DNA of 64,000 nt from an uncultured delta proteobacterium (GTDB lineage: Bacteria; Myxococcota; Kuafuiibacteriia; Kuafuiibacteriales; Kuafuiibacteriaceae), in the NCBI GenBank assembly GCA_963803435.1, contig CAWDML010000009.1, positions 1,216,001 through 1,280,000 on the forward strand. Reading direction: 5' to 3'. Positions 1 to 9,816 of the stretch are shown here, one piece after another. Below the pieces are notes generated by a model, which worked only from the letters and a program-made list of their open reading frames with translations, was not told the origin of the DNA and did not search any database. Position numbers and translations under genes: made by a program. The first letter of the stretch is position 1. Each line of letters starts with the position of its first letter.

Positions 1-808
1 CGATCAGCTGCACCAGCGCCGACGGCACCGAGTTCCACACGGTGATGCCGGCGCGCTCGATCAGCTCGGCGACCCGCGGCGGGAACGCGAGCCACGGCTC
101 CGGGATCAGCGCCACCGAGGCGCCGGCCGCGAAGGCGCAGAACAGATCGATGATCGACAGATCGAAGTTGAACGGGGCGTGCGAGGCCAGGACGTCGGAG
201 GGCATCAGGCCGAACGTCTCGGTGGCGGTCCGCACGAAGCACAGCGACTGGCCGTGGGTGATGGCCACGCCCTTGGGCGTCCCGGTGGAGCCGCTCGTGT
301 AGAGCACGTAGGCCAGGTCCTGATCGGTGCCCTCCAGGAGATCGCCGGGGGCCGCGGCTCGGTCCACCGGCACGACCTGCGCCGCCAACCCGGGCCCGAC
401 CTCGGTGCCCGCAGGGACGAGGAGGGCGTCGACGAGCGGTGTCTCCAGGGCGAGCGTCCCCAGCTCGGCCAGCGGGCGCCCGGCCGCGAACAGCGCCGAG
501 ACGCCGCAGTGCTCGAGGATGAAGCGCGCGCGCTCGGGCGGCGATCCCGGATCGACCGGCACGTAGGCGGCCCCCGAGCCCAGAATGCCGAGGAGCGCCG
601 CCACGCCCTCGACGCTCTTCGGCTGATAGAGGCCCACGCGATCGCCGGGCCCGACGCCGGCCGCCGCAAGCTGTCCTGCGATCTGTCGCGCCCGCGCCGA
701 GAGCTCGCCGTACGTGAGTCGCTCGTCCTTCATGCGGACGGCGGGCGCCTCGGGCGTGCGGTCCGCGACCGCCTCCACCAGGCCGTGCAGCGTGAACGGC
801 GCCGTCAC
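1..808 (-). CDS. Stand-alone amino-acid adenylation (NRPS A-domain) protein, 5' part; probably L-proline:carrier-protein ligase type
   Basis: The minus strand reads YTSGSTGTPKGVAITH (A3 motif), FNFDLS (A4) and WNSVPS. The GTG start at 808 overlaps the dehydrogenase TGA (GTGA). The gene runs off the window edge. Confidence 0.85.
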   Translation of the reverse strand, partial: MTAPFTLHGLVEAVADRTPEAPAVRMKDERLTYGELSARARQIAGQLAAAGVGPGDRVGLYQPKSVEGVAALLGILGSGAAYVPVDPGSPPERARFILEHCGVSALFAAGRPLAELGTLALETPLVDALLVPAGTEVGPGLAAQVVPVDRAAAPGDLLEGTDQDLAYVLYTSGSTGTPKGVAITHGQSLCFVRTATETFGLMPSDVLASHAPFNFDLSIIDLFCAFAAGASVALIPEPWLAFPPRVAELIERAGITVWNSVPSALVQLI

Positions 809-1959
809 AGCAGACCCAGCCAGCGGGCGATGATGTTCCGCTGGATGTCCGATGTTCCCGAGTAGAGGATGCTGCCCACCGAGTCGCGCAGCATGCGCTC
901 CATCTCGTACTCGGCCGTGTAGCCGTAGCCGCCGTGGATCGCGACGGCGTCGAGCGACGACTGCACGTAGGCCTCCGAGACGTAGAGCTTCGCGATCGCG
1001 GCCTCCATCACCGCGCGCTGTCCCTGGTCCTTGAGCCAGGCGACCTTGTAGAGCATCTGGCGGCCCACCTCGATCCGCACCTTCATGTCGGCGACCCGAT
1101 TGCTGACGCTCTGGAACTTGCCGATCGGCTGGCCGAACTGCACCCGATCCTTGGCGTACTGGACGCAGTCCTCGAGCTGCCGCTCCATCGCGCCCAGGTG
1201 GCACGCGAACAGGCACGAGCGCTCCCACTCCATCTCGCTGGAGAAGATGGCGGCGCCGGCGCCCTTCTTGCCGAGCATGGCCGTGGCGGGCACGCGGACG
1301 CCGTCGAGCACGACCTCGGCCATCGGCGAGGTCCTGAGGCCCATCTTGTGGATCGGCTCGCCGATCGAGACGCCGGGCGTGGCGACGTCGACCAGGAAGG
1401 CGCTGATGCCGCCGCCGAAGCCCTTCGACTTGCCGGTGGAGGCGAAGATGATCAGCACGTCCGCGATCGGCGCGTTGGTGATGAAGGTCTTGGTCCCGTC
1501 GATCACCCACTCGCCGCCGAGCCCGCGGGCCGTGGTCTGCATCGCGAAGGCGTCGGAGCCGGAGTTCGGCTCGGTGGTGGCGTGGCCTCCGATGATCTCT
1601 CCGGTGCAGAGCTTCGGCAGGTAGCGCGCCTTCTGCTCCTCGGATCCGAAGTGGAGGATCGGCAGCTCACAGGTCCACATCTGGGTGTTGACGGCAAACG
1701 CCAGGCCCTGGTCGTCGGCGCCGTACCCGAGCGCCTCCATGGCGACCATGCAGCTCACCACGTCGAGGCCGAGGCCGCCGTAGCGCTCCGGTACGGCCAG
1801 CCCGAGCAGGCCCATCTCGCCGCAGGCCCGGAACCCCTCGCGATCGAACTCGCACTTGACGTCGCGGTCGACCACGCCGCCGTTCAGACGCTGGCGCGCG
1901 AACTCGACGATCTGGGAGCGGAAGAGCTGCTGCTCCTCCGTCAGGGAGAAGTCGATCAT
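805..1959 (-). CDS. Acyl-CoA dehydrogenase family, L-prolyl-carrier-protein dehydrogenase-like (PltE/RedW/AnaB type)
   Basis: ACAD motifs TEPNSGSD, GTKTFITN and HGGYGY. The segments MEWERSCLFA and LYSGTSDIQRNIIA resemble aminoacyl-PCP dehydrogenases. It lies between an ACP and an A-domain gene. Confidence 0.88.
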   Translation of the reverse strand: MIDFSLTEEQQLFRSQIVEFARQRLNGGVVDRDVKCEFDREGFRACGEMGLLGLAVPERYGGLGLDVVSCMVAMEALGYGADDQGLAFAVNTQMWTCELPILHFGSEEQKARYLPKLCTGEIIGGHATTEPNSGSDAFAMQTTARGLGGEWVIDGTKTFITNAPIADVLIIFASTGKSKGFGGGISAFLVDVATPGVSIGEPIHKMGLRTSPMAEVVLDGVRVPATAMLGKKGAGAAIFSSEMEWERSCLFACHLGAMERQLEDCVQYAKDRVQFGQPIGKFQSVSNRVADMKVRIEVGRQMLYKVAWLKDQGQRAVMEAAIAKLYVSEAYVQSSLDAVAIHGGYGYTAEYEMERMLRDSVGSILYSGTSDIQRNIIARWLGLL

Positions 1960-2198
1960 TGCTTGGAGGCGAGGAGCTTGGTGATGTCGTCCAGGGTCTC
2001 GAAGTTCTCCGGGACCAGATCCGCGTCTCCGATCTTCACGTGAAACTCCTTCTCGATGAAGTCGACCAGCTTCATGATCCCGAGCGAATCGATGATGCCG
2101 CTCTCGACGAGCGACTCTCGCTCCACGTCGATGTTGCCTCGCCCGTGGGCGAGCTCGCGTCGGATGAAGCCGAGAAGCTTCGAGCGGGCGTCGGTCAC
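1956..2198 (-). CDS. Acyl/peptidyl carrier protein
   Basis: 80 aa with the GIIDSLG phosphopantetheine site and an ENFETL tail. Overlaps the ACAD start (ATGA). Confidence 0.92.
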   Translation of the reverse strand: MTDARSKLLGFIRRELAHGRGNIDVERESLVESGIIDSLGIMKLVDFIEKEFHVKIGDADLVPENFETLDDITKLLASKQ

Positions 2199-2208
2199 GA
2201 CCTCGGGT

Positions 2209-2916
2209 CTATACCAGACGGCCGTAGAGCAGGCGAGACACGTCGTCGTCGAGCAGCTCCGGGTGCCACTGGACGCCGACCACGGACGGATCGGCCGCCA
2301 GCGCGATCGCCTCGATGACGCCGTCGGGGGCCCGGCCGATCACCTCCAGCCCCCGGCCGAGCACGTCGACGGCCTGGTGGTGCGTGGTGTTGACCTCGAT
2401 GCGCGCGCGGCCCAGCTCGCGGGCCAGAAACGAGCCGGGGACCAGATCGACCGGGTGGCCCGGGCCCGCGGGTGAGCTCGGCTGCTCGTGCTCGAGGGCG
2501 CCGGCGATCTCGGCCCCGATGTCCTGCACCAGGGTCCCGCCCAGGACCACGTTCAAGAGCTGCATCCCGCCGCAGACCGCCAGGATCGGGATCCGCTTCT
2601 CGAGCGCGCCCGAGAGCAGCAGGGACTCGAAGTCCGTGCGAGCGGGCTTCTCCGGATCGAGGCGGGGCCCCCGCCGGGGCTGGCCGTAGCGCTCGGGCGG
2701 GATGTCGAAGAAGCCGCCGGTGATCACGAGCGCATCCGCCAGGTCGACCAGGTCGTCGATCACCGCCCGATCCGCGGTGGGCGCCACCAGGAGCGGGGTC
2801 CCGCCGGCGCGGGCGGCGCTGCTCGCGTACGCCGACTTGGTCACCACCGTCGGCAGCGCCACGCCGCGGCGCAGCGTCTCTCCCTCGTCGAGCGTGATCA
2901 GGATGCGCTTCTTCAT
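2209..2916 (-). CDS. Peptidase C26 / gamma-glutamyl-GABA hydrolase (PuuD-like) class I glutamine amidotransferase
   Basis: Motifs AVCGGMQLLNV (nucleophile Cys), NTTHHQAV and GVQWHPE. The real start MKKRIL at 2916 overlaps the thiE stop. Confidence 0.9.
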   Translation of the reverse strand: MKKRILITLDEGETLRRGVALPTVVTKSAYASSAARAGGTPLLVAPTADRAVIDDLVDLADALVITGGFFDIPPERYGQPRRGPRLDPEKPARTDFESLLLSGALEKRIPILAVCGGMQLLNVVLGGTLVQDIGAEIAGALEHEQPSSPAGPGHPVDLVPGSFLARELGRARIEVNTTHHQAVDVLGRGLEVIGRAPDGVIEAIALAADPSVVGVQWHPELLDDDVSRLLYGRLV

Positions 2917-3524
2917 CCGGCCTCCCAGATCGAGATCGCGCGGCGGGCGGCGCCGGCGTCGGTCATCGCCGAGATCATCGCGGCCGCCGCGACGCCGGTC
3001 CGCCGCACGTGTGCGAGGCGCGTCAGATCGATCCCGCCGATCGCGACGATGGCGAGCGCGGGATGCGCCGACCTCGCCGCCCGGAGCGCGTCGAGCCCGA
3101 CCACCGGATCCGGGTTGGCCTTGGAGGCGGTGGGGAAGATCGGCCCGTAGCCCACATAGTCGGCCGCGCCGGCGGCCGCCGCCAGCTGCTCCGGGTCGTG
3201 ACAAGAGACGCCGATCTTCATCCGGGCGGGGAGGAACGCGCGCACCGCCTCCACCGGGAGATCGTCCTGGCCGAGGTGCACGGCGTCGGCCTCCGCGAGC
3301 ACCGCCAGGTCCGCCCAATCGTTGACGATGAAGGCGGCGCCCAGGTCGGCCGTCATCGCCCGCAGCTCCCGCGCCAGCTGGAGGAAGGGGCGGGTCGCGA
3401 GCGCCTTGGCCCGCAGCTGCAGGGTCCGGACGCCGCCCGCGAGGAGCGCTCGGGCCCGCCGGCTCGCCTCCGCCGGCGGGCGCGCCGCCGTCACGTCGAC
3501 GATCGCGTAGATCCCGTCGATCAC
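2913..3524 (-). CDS. thiE: Thiamine-phosphate synthase
   Basis: Motifs LQLRAK, IVND, VHLGQDD, GVSCH, YGPIFPTASK and VAIGGI. Confidence 0.93.
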   Translation of the reverse strand: MIDGIYAIVDVTAARPPAEASRRARALLAGGVRTLQLRAKALATRPFLQLARELRAMTADLGAAFIVNDWADLAVLAEADAVHLGQDDLPVEAVRAFLPARMKIGVSCHDPEQLAAAAGAADYVGYGPIFPTASKANPDPVVGLDALRAARSAHPALAIVAIGGIDLTRLAHVRRTGVAAAAMISAMTDAGAARRAISIWEAG

Positions 3525-4642
3525 AGCTCCTGCTCCTCGTCGTCGCGATCCTCGACCTTGCCGTCGAGGCCGAGGGAGCGGAGCTTCACCCGGAGCGTGT
3601 TGCGGTGGATGCCGAGCATCTCGGCGGCCTGGACCTGGCGCCCGTCGGCGAGCTCCATGGCCACGCGGATCAGCGGTCGCTCGAGCTGAGGCATGATCAA
3701 CCCATACATGTTCTCGGGCGTGTGTCCTTGCAAGCTCTCGGCGTAGGCGCGGAGGCGCTCGAAGAGCAGGTCCTCCAGCGACTGCTGCTGGTGCGCGCCG
3801 GCCTGCGCTTCCATCACGATCCGGTAGGCCTCCTTCTTCGCCAGCCCGAAGCGGCCCGCCAGCGTCTTGGCGGCGTCCGAGGGGCGCACACCGCTGTCGA
3901 GGAGCGCCCCGGCCTCGGCCGTGAGCCGGGGCGCGGGCGCGTCCTCGACCTCGGGCGGTCCCACCACGATGACCACCTCGCCCTTGGGCGGCGAACGGTA
4001 GCGCACGGCCAGCGCGGACAACCGATCCCGCGCGATCTCCTCGAACTGCTTGGTGAGCTCGCGCCCCACCGCGGCCCGGCGATCGCCGAGGCTCTTCTCC
4101 ATCGCCTCGAGGGTGTCGGCGAGGCGCCGCGTCGACTCGTACACGATCAGGGTGTACGGCGCCGTCCGGAGCGGCGCCAGGACCTCCCTCCGATCGCCGT
4201 CGCCGCGGGGGAGGAAGCCGAGAAAGAGGATCCGGTGGGTGGGGAGGCCCGAGGCGGTCACCGCGGCGAGCATCGCGCTGGCGCCCGGGATGGGGACGAC
4301 GCGCACCTCGCGCCGCACCGCCTCCGCCACCAGATCGGCGCCCGGATCCGACAACAGCGGCGTGCCCGCGTCCGACACCAGCGCGATCGACTCGCCGGCC
4401 TGCAGCCGATCGCAGAGCCGGTTCACCAGCTCCGCGTCGCTGTGCGCGTGAAAGCTCACCGTCGAGAGGATGATCTGGAAGTGATCGAGGAGCTTGCGGG
4501 TGACCCGGGTGTCCTCACAGGCGACCAGATCGACCGACCGCAGGACCTCGAGGGCGCGCAGCGTGATGTCGGCCAGGTTCCCGATCGGTGTCGCGACCAG
4601 GTAGAGCACGCCCCTCTCCACGGGCGGACCATACACCGGCAC
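3521..4642 (-). CDS. rsmI: 16S rRNA C1402 2'-O-methyltransferase RsmI with an in-frame C-terminal Fis-type helix-turn-helix domain
   Basis: RsmI motifs LYLVATPIGNLADITLRA, ACEDTR, SDAGTPLLSDPG and RELTKQFEE. The C-terminal LERPLIRVAMELADGRQVQAAEMLGIHRNTLRVKL is a Fis/HTH_8 domain. Confidence 0.9.
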   Translation of the reverse strand: MPVYGPPVERGVLYLVATPIGNLADITLRALEVLRSVDLVACEDTRVTRKLLDHFQIILSTVSFHAHSDAELVNRLCDRLQAGESIALVSDAGTPLLSDPGADLVAEAVRREVRVVPIPGASAMLAAVTASGLPTHRILFLGFLPRGDGDRREVLAPLRTAPYTLIVYESTRRLADTLEAMEKSLGDRRAAVGRELTKQFEEIARDRLSALAVRYRSPPKGEVVIVVGPPEVEDAPAPRLTAEAGALLDSGVRPSDAAKTLAGRFGLAKKEAYRIVMEAQAGAHQQQSLEDLLFERLRAYAESLQGHTPENMYGLIMPQLERPLIRVAMELADGRQVQAAEMLGIHRNTLRVKLRSLGLDGKVEDRDDEEQEL

Positions 4643-4652
4643 CGCGCGCGGA

Positions 4653-6448
4653 TCAGCGCGGCGATCGCCGGCGGGCGGCGATCACCAGCGCGAGGGCGAT
4701 GAGACACCCGATCGCGCCGCTCGATGCTTCCCGATGCGCGCCGGCCGCCGCGCACCCGCAGCCCTCGCTCGGGATCACCGCCGGCTCTCCGCGCGCGATC
4801 GGGGAGATGTTGTCCGCGCCCGACGCGGACGCCTGAAGAAAACGTCCCATCCAGTAAGCGGCGTGGAAGTCGCCGCCGAAGTTGAGGCGGTCGTGGCCCC
4901 CACCGTTCACGGCGTGCGGGTCGGATCGCCACATGAAGTCGCTGGGCGGCCGGACCTCGATCGCGAGCGGCTCGACGGCGACCACGCGATCGCCGCCGTA
5001 CCCGCGGCGCTTGGAGAGGCGGACCACCGACCCGTCGATCAGCTCGCACTCGAGCGCGTCGATCTCCGCCTGGTCGCAGTTCGTCGTCGTGGTGTCCCAG
5101 TAGGGCGGAGCCGCGAAGCCGTCGAGGGTCGCCAGCCCGTCGGCCAGCGCTTCGCCGCCGATGCCGTCGATACCGTCCGTGCGGAAGGCGGCGAAGATGA
5201 AGTCGTAGAAGGACATCCGGAGGCCGCGCGCGTCGCGGTCCACGCCGGCGTCGTACATCTGGGTCTCGAGCACGTTGCGCACGCGCGACGCGATCAGCGG
5301 ATCGTTCTCGTACCGGAGCAGCCCGTAGACCGCGATGAACGCCATGTTCACCAGGGAGTAGTTCGTGATCTCCCGGAAGTAGACCAGGTCCGCCAGCGAG
5401 GTCTCGAGGAGGTCGAGGTACCGGCGCTTCGAGATCAGCTCGCGATAGCGCACCCAGATCTCGGGCTCACCGGTCACGTGGTAGAGCGTCCGCAGCATGC
5501 CGAGCGCCATCACCGCGTTGAACGCGTTCGCGGCCTCGTCGCCGACGATGCCCTCGAGGATCTCCTCGGCCGCCAGCGCGTGATACGTCGTCGGGCGACC
5601 GTCGGCGTCGTGGATGACGAGGTCGCTCTTCTCGCCGTCCGCGACCTCGACCTTCTCGAGCAAGATCGTCCCGAGCGCGCGGGCGTCCTCGACGATGCGC
5701 GCGATCTTCTCGGCGGGATCGCCGGATCCTCCGAGGCGACGTCGTAGACCGCGCCGAGCGCGAACACGTAGCCGTCCATGGTGTCCCGGGACGCATCGTC
5801 GAGCCAGACCAGGAACGGGAGCTGGCCCGACTGGTCCTCGCGCCAGGTGGGGCCCTTGTAGAGCGGCAGCGGATCGCCCTTGCCGTCGAAGAGCGGCGTG
5901 GTCTCCGGCCGCCCGTCGGGGAGCGGCGGCTCGCCGGGCTCGGGGGTCACGCGCCGAATGCCGCGGGCCACCACGCCGGGTTGGCCGGTCACTCGCGCCA
6001 GCCAGTCGAGCGCGTCCAGATCGTGGATCAGGATCGCGCGGGCCTCCTCCAGCTGCTCCGCCGGGGCGCCGCCGTCCCGCAGCACGGCGTACCGGAACGC
6101 GTCTCCCGCGATCTGGACCCCGCCGAAGATCGTGGCGTGAGAGTAGTCGTTGTACTCGTCGATGATCTGGTAGGGGTGGACGCCGGCGAAGCTCTGAAAG
6201 TCGCGCGCGCCGCTCGCGAAGAAGCGATCGACCAGCGCGCGATGCTCGGGATCCGAGATCCGGGCGTTGAGGCCGAAGCCGATCGGATCGGTGAGCAGCT
6301 CGTGCAGCTGGACCACGTAGCGATCGGCCTTCGCGGCGAGCGCTTCGTCGAAGCCGGGCTCGCCCGGGCCGGGGATCAGGGCGCCCGCGAAGGCGAGGCT
6401 GGGGCTCGGGACGGCGACCAGCGCGACCCACAGCGAGAGGCGGCGCAC
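4653..6448 (-). CDS. Secreted hypothetical protein with a MYXO-CTERM-like sorting tail; one frameshift near 5715
   Basis: The signal peptide VRRLSLWVALVA is in the 5510..6925 frame. The frame switches at ASEDPAI/PAEKIAR into the 4653..6431 frame. The protein ends EGCGCAAA...IGCLIALALVIAARRR. Confidence 0.7.
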
Positions 6449-6565
6449 CGGGTCGAGTCTAGCAGCGTCGGCGGGGGATACCAGCGGCCACGGATCGGCC
6501 CGTGATGCCGGTCGCATCGCACGCGGGGGTACCAAATCGGGTCCCCGGGGATCAAAAGGACCGAG

Positions 6566-7054
6566 GTGGGGTCGCCCGAACACTCGGTGACGGAGCTCTT
6601 CGAGCGCTACGGCCCCACCGTGTACCGGCGGTGCCGGCAGCTGGTCGGCGACGGGGGCGCGGACGATGCGGTCCAGGAGGTGTTCCTGAGAGCGACCCGC
6701 GCCTGGGATCGCTTTCAGGGCGACTGCTCGCCGATGACCTGGCTCTATCGGATCGCGACCACGCACTGCCTGCAGCAGCTCCGGAACGACCGATCGCGGG
6801 CGGCCAAGCTGGAGCTCCTGCTGCCGCCCGAGGGCACGACGGAGGACATGGTCGCCAAGCTCGACGTCGCGGGGGTCCTCTCCGAGCTCGACGACCTGAC
6901 GCAGCAGCTGGTGGTGCTCCGCCACCTCGACGGGATGACGCTGGAGGAGGTGGCGGAGGTCGCCGGGGTCTCGCGCAAGACCGTGCAGAAGCGGCTCGAT
7001 CGGTTCAAGGAGACCGCGCGGCGGCGGCTCGCGGTGACGGAGGCGGGCACATGA
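6566..7054 (+). CDS. ECF sigma-70 factor
   Basis: Region 2 ADDAVQEVFLRA...TWLYRIATTHC; region 4 GMTLEEVAEVAGVSRKTVQKRL. Confidence 0.93.
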   Translation: MGSPEHSVTELFERYGPTVYRRCRQLVGDGGADDAVQEVFLRATRAWDRFQGDCSPMTWLYRIATTHCLQQLRNDRSRAAKLELLLPPEGTTEDMVAKLDVAGVLSELDDLTQQLVVLRHLDGMTLEEVAEVAGVSRKTVQKRLDRFKETARRRLAVTEAGT

Positions 7055-7680
7055 GTCGAGCTTGTCCCCCGCTCCTCGCGCTGGAGAGGCACCTCCACAG
7101 CGAGCTCATCGGCAGCACCAGCGAGCCCTGGAAGCGCCACCTGGAGACCTGTGACGCGTGCCTGGCGCGGCTCGCCTCGATGCGGCGTGAGGAGGCGGAG
7201 CTGGCCGCCCGGCTGCGCGATGGGATGTCCGGCGCTCCGCCGGTCGCGAAGGTGCGGCCGATGCGCCGTCGGATCGCGGTCGTGATCCTGGCGGCGGCCG
7301 CCGCGGCGCTGATCCTCCTCCTCGTCCCGCGGCCCACCGAACGACCCGAGTGGGGGCTCAGAGGCTCCGGTGTGCTCGGCGTGATGGTGGAGCAGGACGG
7401 CTCCGTTCACCCCTGGAGCGGTGCGCCGCTGCCGGAAGGGACGCGGATCCAGCTCACCTTCAGCAGCGCGACCGGCGGCTTCCTGCTGATCCGCACCGCG
7501 GCCGAGGTGATCTTTCCTGAGACGGCGATCGCGGCCGGGCGCGACGTCCCGGTGGGCGGGAGCCTGACCCTCGACCGGTCCCTCGACGGCGTCGCGCTCG
7601 ACGCGTTCTTTTCGAACGAACGCCTGCCACCGGGGCCGCGCGAGCCAGGACTGGCGACCTCGAGGATCGTCCTTCGGGTC
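7051..7680 (+). CDS. Membrane-anchored zinc anti-sigma factor (HxxxCxxC) with a periplasmic domain; no stop before the caspase gene
   Basis: ATGA overlap with the sigma gene. HLETCDAC motif, then a TM segment IAVVILAAAAAALILLLV, then a beta-rich periplasmic part. Confidence 0.75.
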
Positions 7681-9082
7681 AAGTCGATCACCGCCGGCCC
7701 ACTCCTCGCGCTGGCCGTCGCAGCGCCCTCGCATGCGCTCGTCATCGGCAACGATCGGGGGCTCGCGTCCGATCCCGAGCTGCGCTTCGCCGAGTCGGAC
7801 GCAGCCAACGTCGCGCGCGCGCTGGTGGAGGTCGGCGCCGTGGAGCCACCCGACCTCGAGCAGATGCTGGGCGCGGACCACGATCGAGATCACGCGTGCG
7901 ATCGCGAATCTGGCGCCGAGCGAGCGCGTGATCCTCTTCCTCTCCGGTCACGGCGATCACCGCGGCCTGCACGTCTCGGGCGAGCTCCTCCCCTGGGAGA
8001 CGCTGGAGGCGGCGGTCCGCCGGATCCCGGCTCGCGTGGTGATCGCGCTCGTCGACGCCTGTCAGAGCGGCGCGTTCCTCACCCCGAAGGGGCTGTCGCT
8101 CGGTCCTCCGCTGAGCGTCTCGCTGGTCCCCGCCGGGCCCGAGGGCAAGGTCCTGATCACCTCCAGCGGCGCCAACGAGGCCTCCCACGAGTCGTCGCTG
8201 CTCCAGGGCTCACCGTTCGCGGTGTTCTTGATCTCCGGCCTCAGGGGCGGCGCCGACCTCGATCGGGATCGCGCGATCACCGTCGAAGAGCTGTACCGCT
8301 ACCTCTACGAGCGGACGGTGGCCGCCACCCTCTCGGCGCCGCTCGGTCCCCAGCACCCGTATCGCAGGATCGAGACCGCGGGGGCAGGCCCGGTGGTGCT
8401 GGCGCGACACCCTCCGACCGGCACCGCCGTACGGCGAGCGCCCCGCTCGAAGGGGAGCTGCTTCGTGCTCGATCGCGCGGAGGCGCGCGTCCTGGCGGAG
8501 CTCGGCCCCGGCGAGGAGCAGGCGGTGTCGATCCCGGAGCAGCCGATCGTCGTGAAGTGTCTCGAGGGCGACACGCTCGTGGCGGCGGCGGTCGCGAGCT
8601 GGTCGGGAACGCTCGTGCTCGACGAGCTGGCGCTCACCGCCGAGCCGCACACCTTCGCGCTGGTCAAGGGACCCGAAGCCCGGCGCTGGCCCGAGGTGAT
8701 CGCGGCCGCCGCGCTGGCCTCCCGCGATCGGGAGCTGGGTCTGTCGCTCTCGGTGCGCTACGGATCGAGCCAATACAGCCTCGGCGCCGAGGTCAGCATC
8801 ACGGCTCGGCGGCGCGCCTGGATCCTCGGCGGCGGAGGCTTCGTGCTGCCGTGGCTCCAGATCCCGGAGGGGCGTCTCGAGGTCGGCATGGTCGCAGGCG
8901 GACGCGCCGGACGCGACGGCGGCGCGCTCGCCTTCGGACCGTACGCACAGCTGGTGGTCGGCCTGGGCGGCGTCGTCGTCTCCGGGAGGATCAATCTGCT
9001 CACCGGGTTCGCGTTCGACCAGGACACGTTCTTCGTCGCGGTGGGATCGATCGGCTTCGGAGTGGGGAACCGCGATGACTGA
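7678..9082 (+). CDS. Caspase-family (peptidase C14) protein with a signal-like N-terminus and a C-terminal beta-barrel-like region; frameshift near 7876
   Basis: ALVIGND...LRFAESDA in frame 1, then FLSGHG (His), ALVDACQSG (Cys), SSGANEASHES and GLRGGADLDRD in frame 2. The C-terminus has amphipathic beta strands. Confidence 0.82.
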
Positions 9083-9151
9083 GAGGCCGCGCACGCGCGC
9101 CCGATCCGGCGCCGCCGGGGATCCAAGGTTCGTCTCGAATGGAGGAGCACA

Positions 9152-9715
9152 ATGCGTCAGCTACCGATCGGAGTGATTCTCGCCCTGGCGCTCGGCGCAC
9201 CTGCGTTCGCCCGCGCCGAGACGGCCACCACCACCGCGACCACCACCGAGGATCCCTGGCTGGTCTCCCGCCTTCGCATCCCCTGGACGGAGCCGAGCGG
9301 AACCGGCGTGGCGCTCGGCTACGAGAACGGGAGCTGGGGCGGAGAGTGGGCCCAGGGCATCCGCCTCCGCATCCCGATCGGCAGCGCGTTCTCGATCGAC
9401 CTCCGCGGCCTGGTCCTGGGCGGGCTGAACATCGATCGCTGGGACCTCGGCGGACGGCTCGATCTCTCCGGCGGCTCACCGGTGTTCCTCAACTTCGTCC
9501 GGATCTACGGAGGCGGAGGCGTGCAGGTCTTTCGGCCTGTCGCGGGCGTCGACCAGAGGAAGGTCTCGGTGGGCGGCGGAGGACACTTCGGGATGGAGCT
9601 GTTCCTCACGCCGTTCATGTCGTGGATTTTCGAGGTGGGCGGGAGCAGCGGGAGCCAGGACGGCTTCGGCGCCGGAGCGACGATCATGGCCGGGGTGCAG
9701 TTCTATCCCTTCTGA
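9152..9715 (+). CDS. Small outer-membrane beta-barrel protein
   Basis: GGAGGAG RBS, signal peptide, alternating beta strands, C-terminal GVQFYPF. Confidence 0.7.
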   Translation: MRQLPIGVILALALGAPAFARAETATTTATTTEDPWLVSRLRIPWTEPSGTGVALGYENGSWGGEWAQGIRLRIPIGSAFSIDLRGLVLGGLNIDRWDLGGRLDLSGGSPVFLNFVRIYGGGGVQVFRPVAGVDQRKVSVGGGGHFGMELFLTPFMSWIFEVGGSSGSQDGFGAGATIMAGVQFYPF

Positions 9716-9816
9716 CCTTCGAGCGGCGCACACGACATCCCAAGTTGTCCCATCCCGGGCCCAAGTACCCTCAGGGCCCGGTCTCTATCCTCGAGCTCGT
9801 AGGAAGGAGCTCGCAG

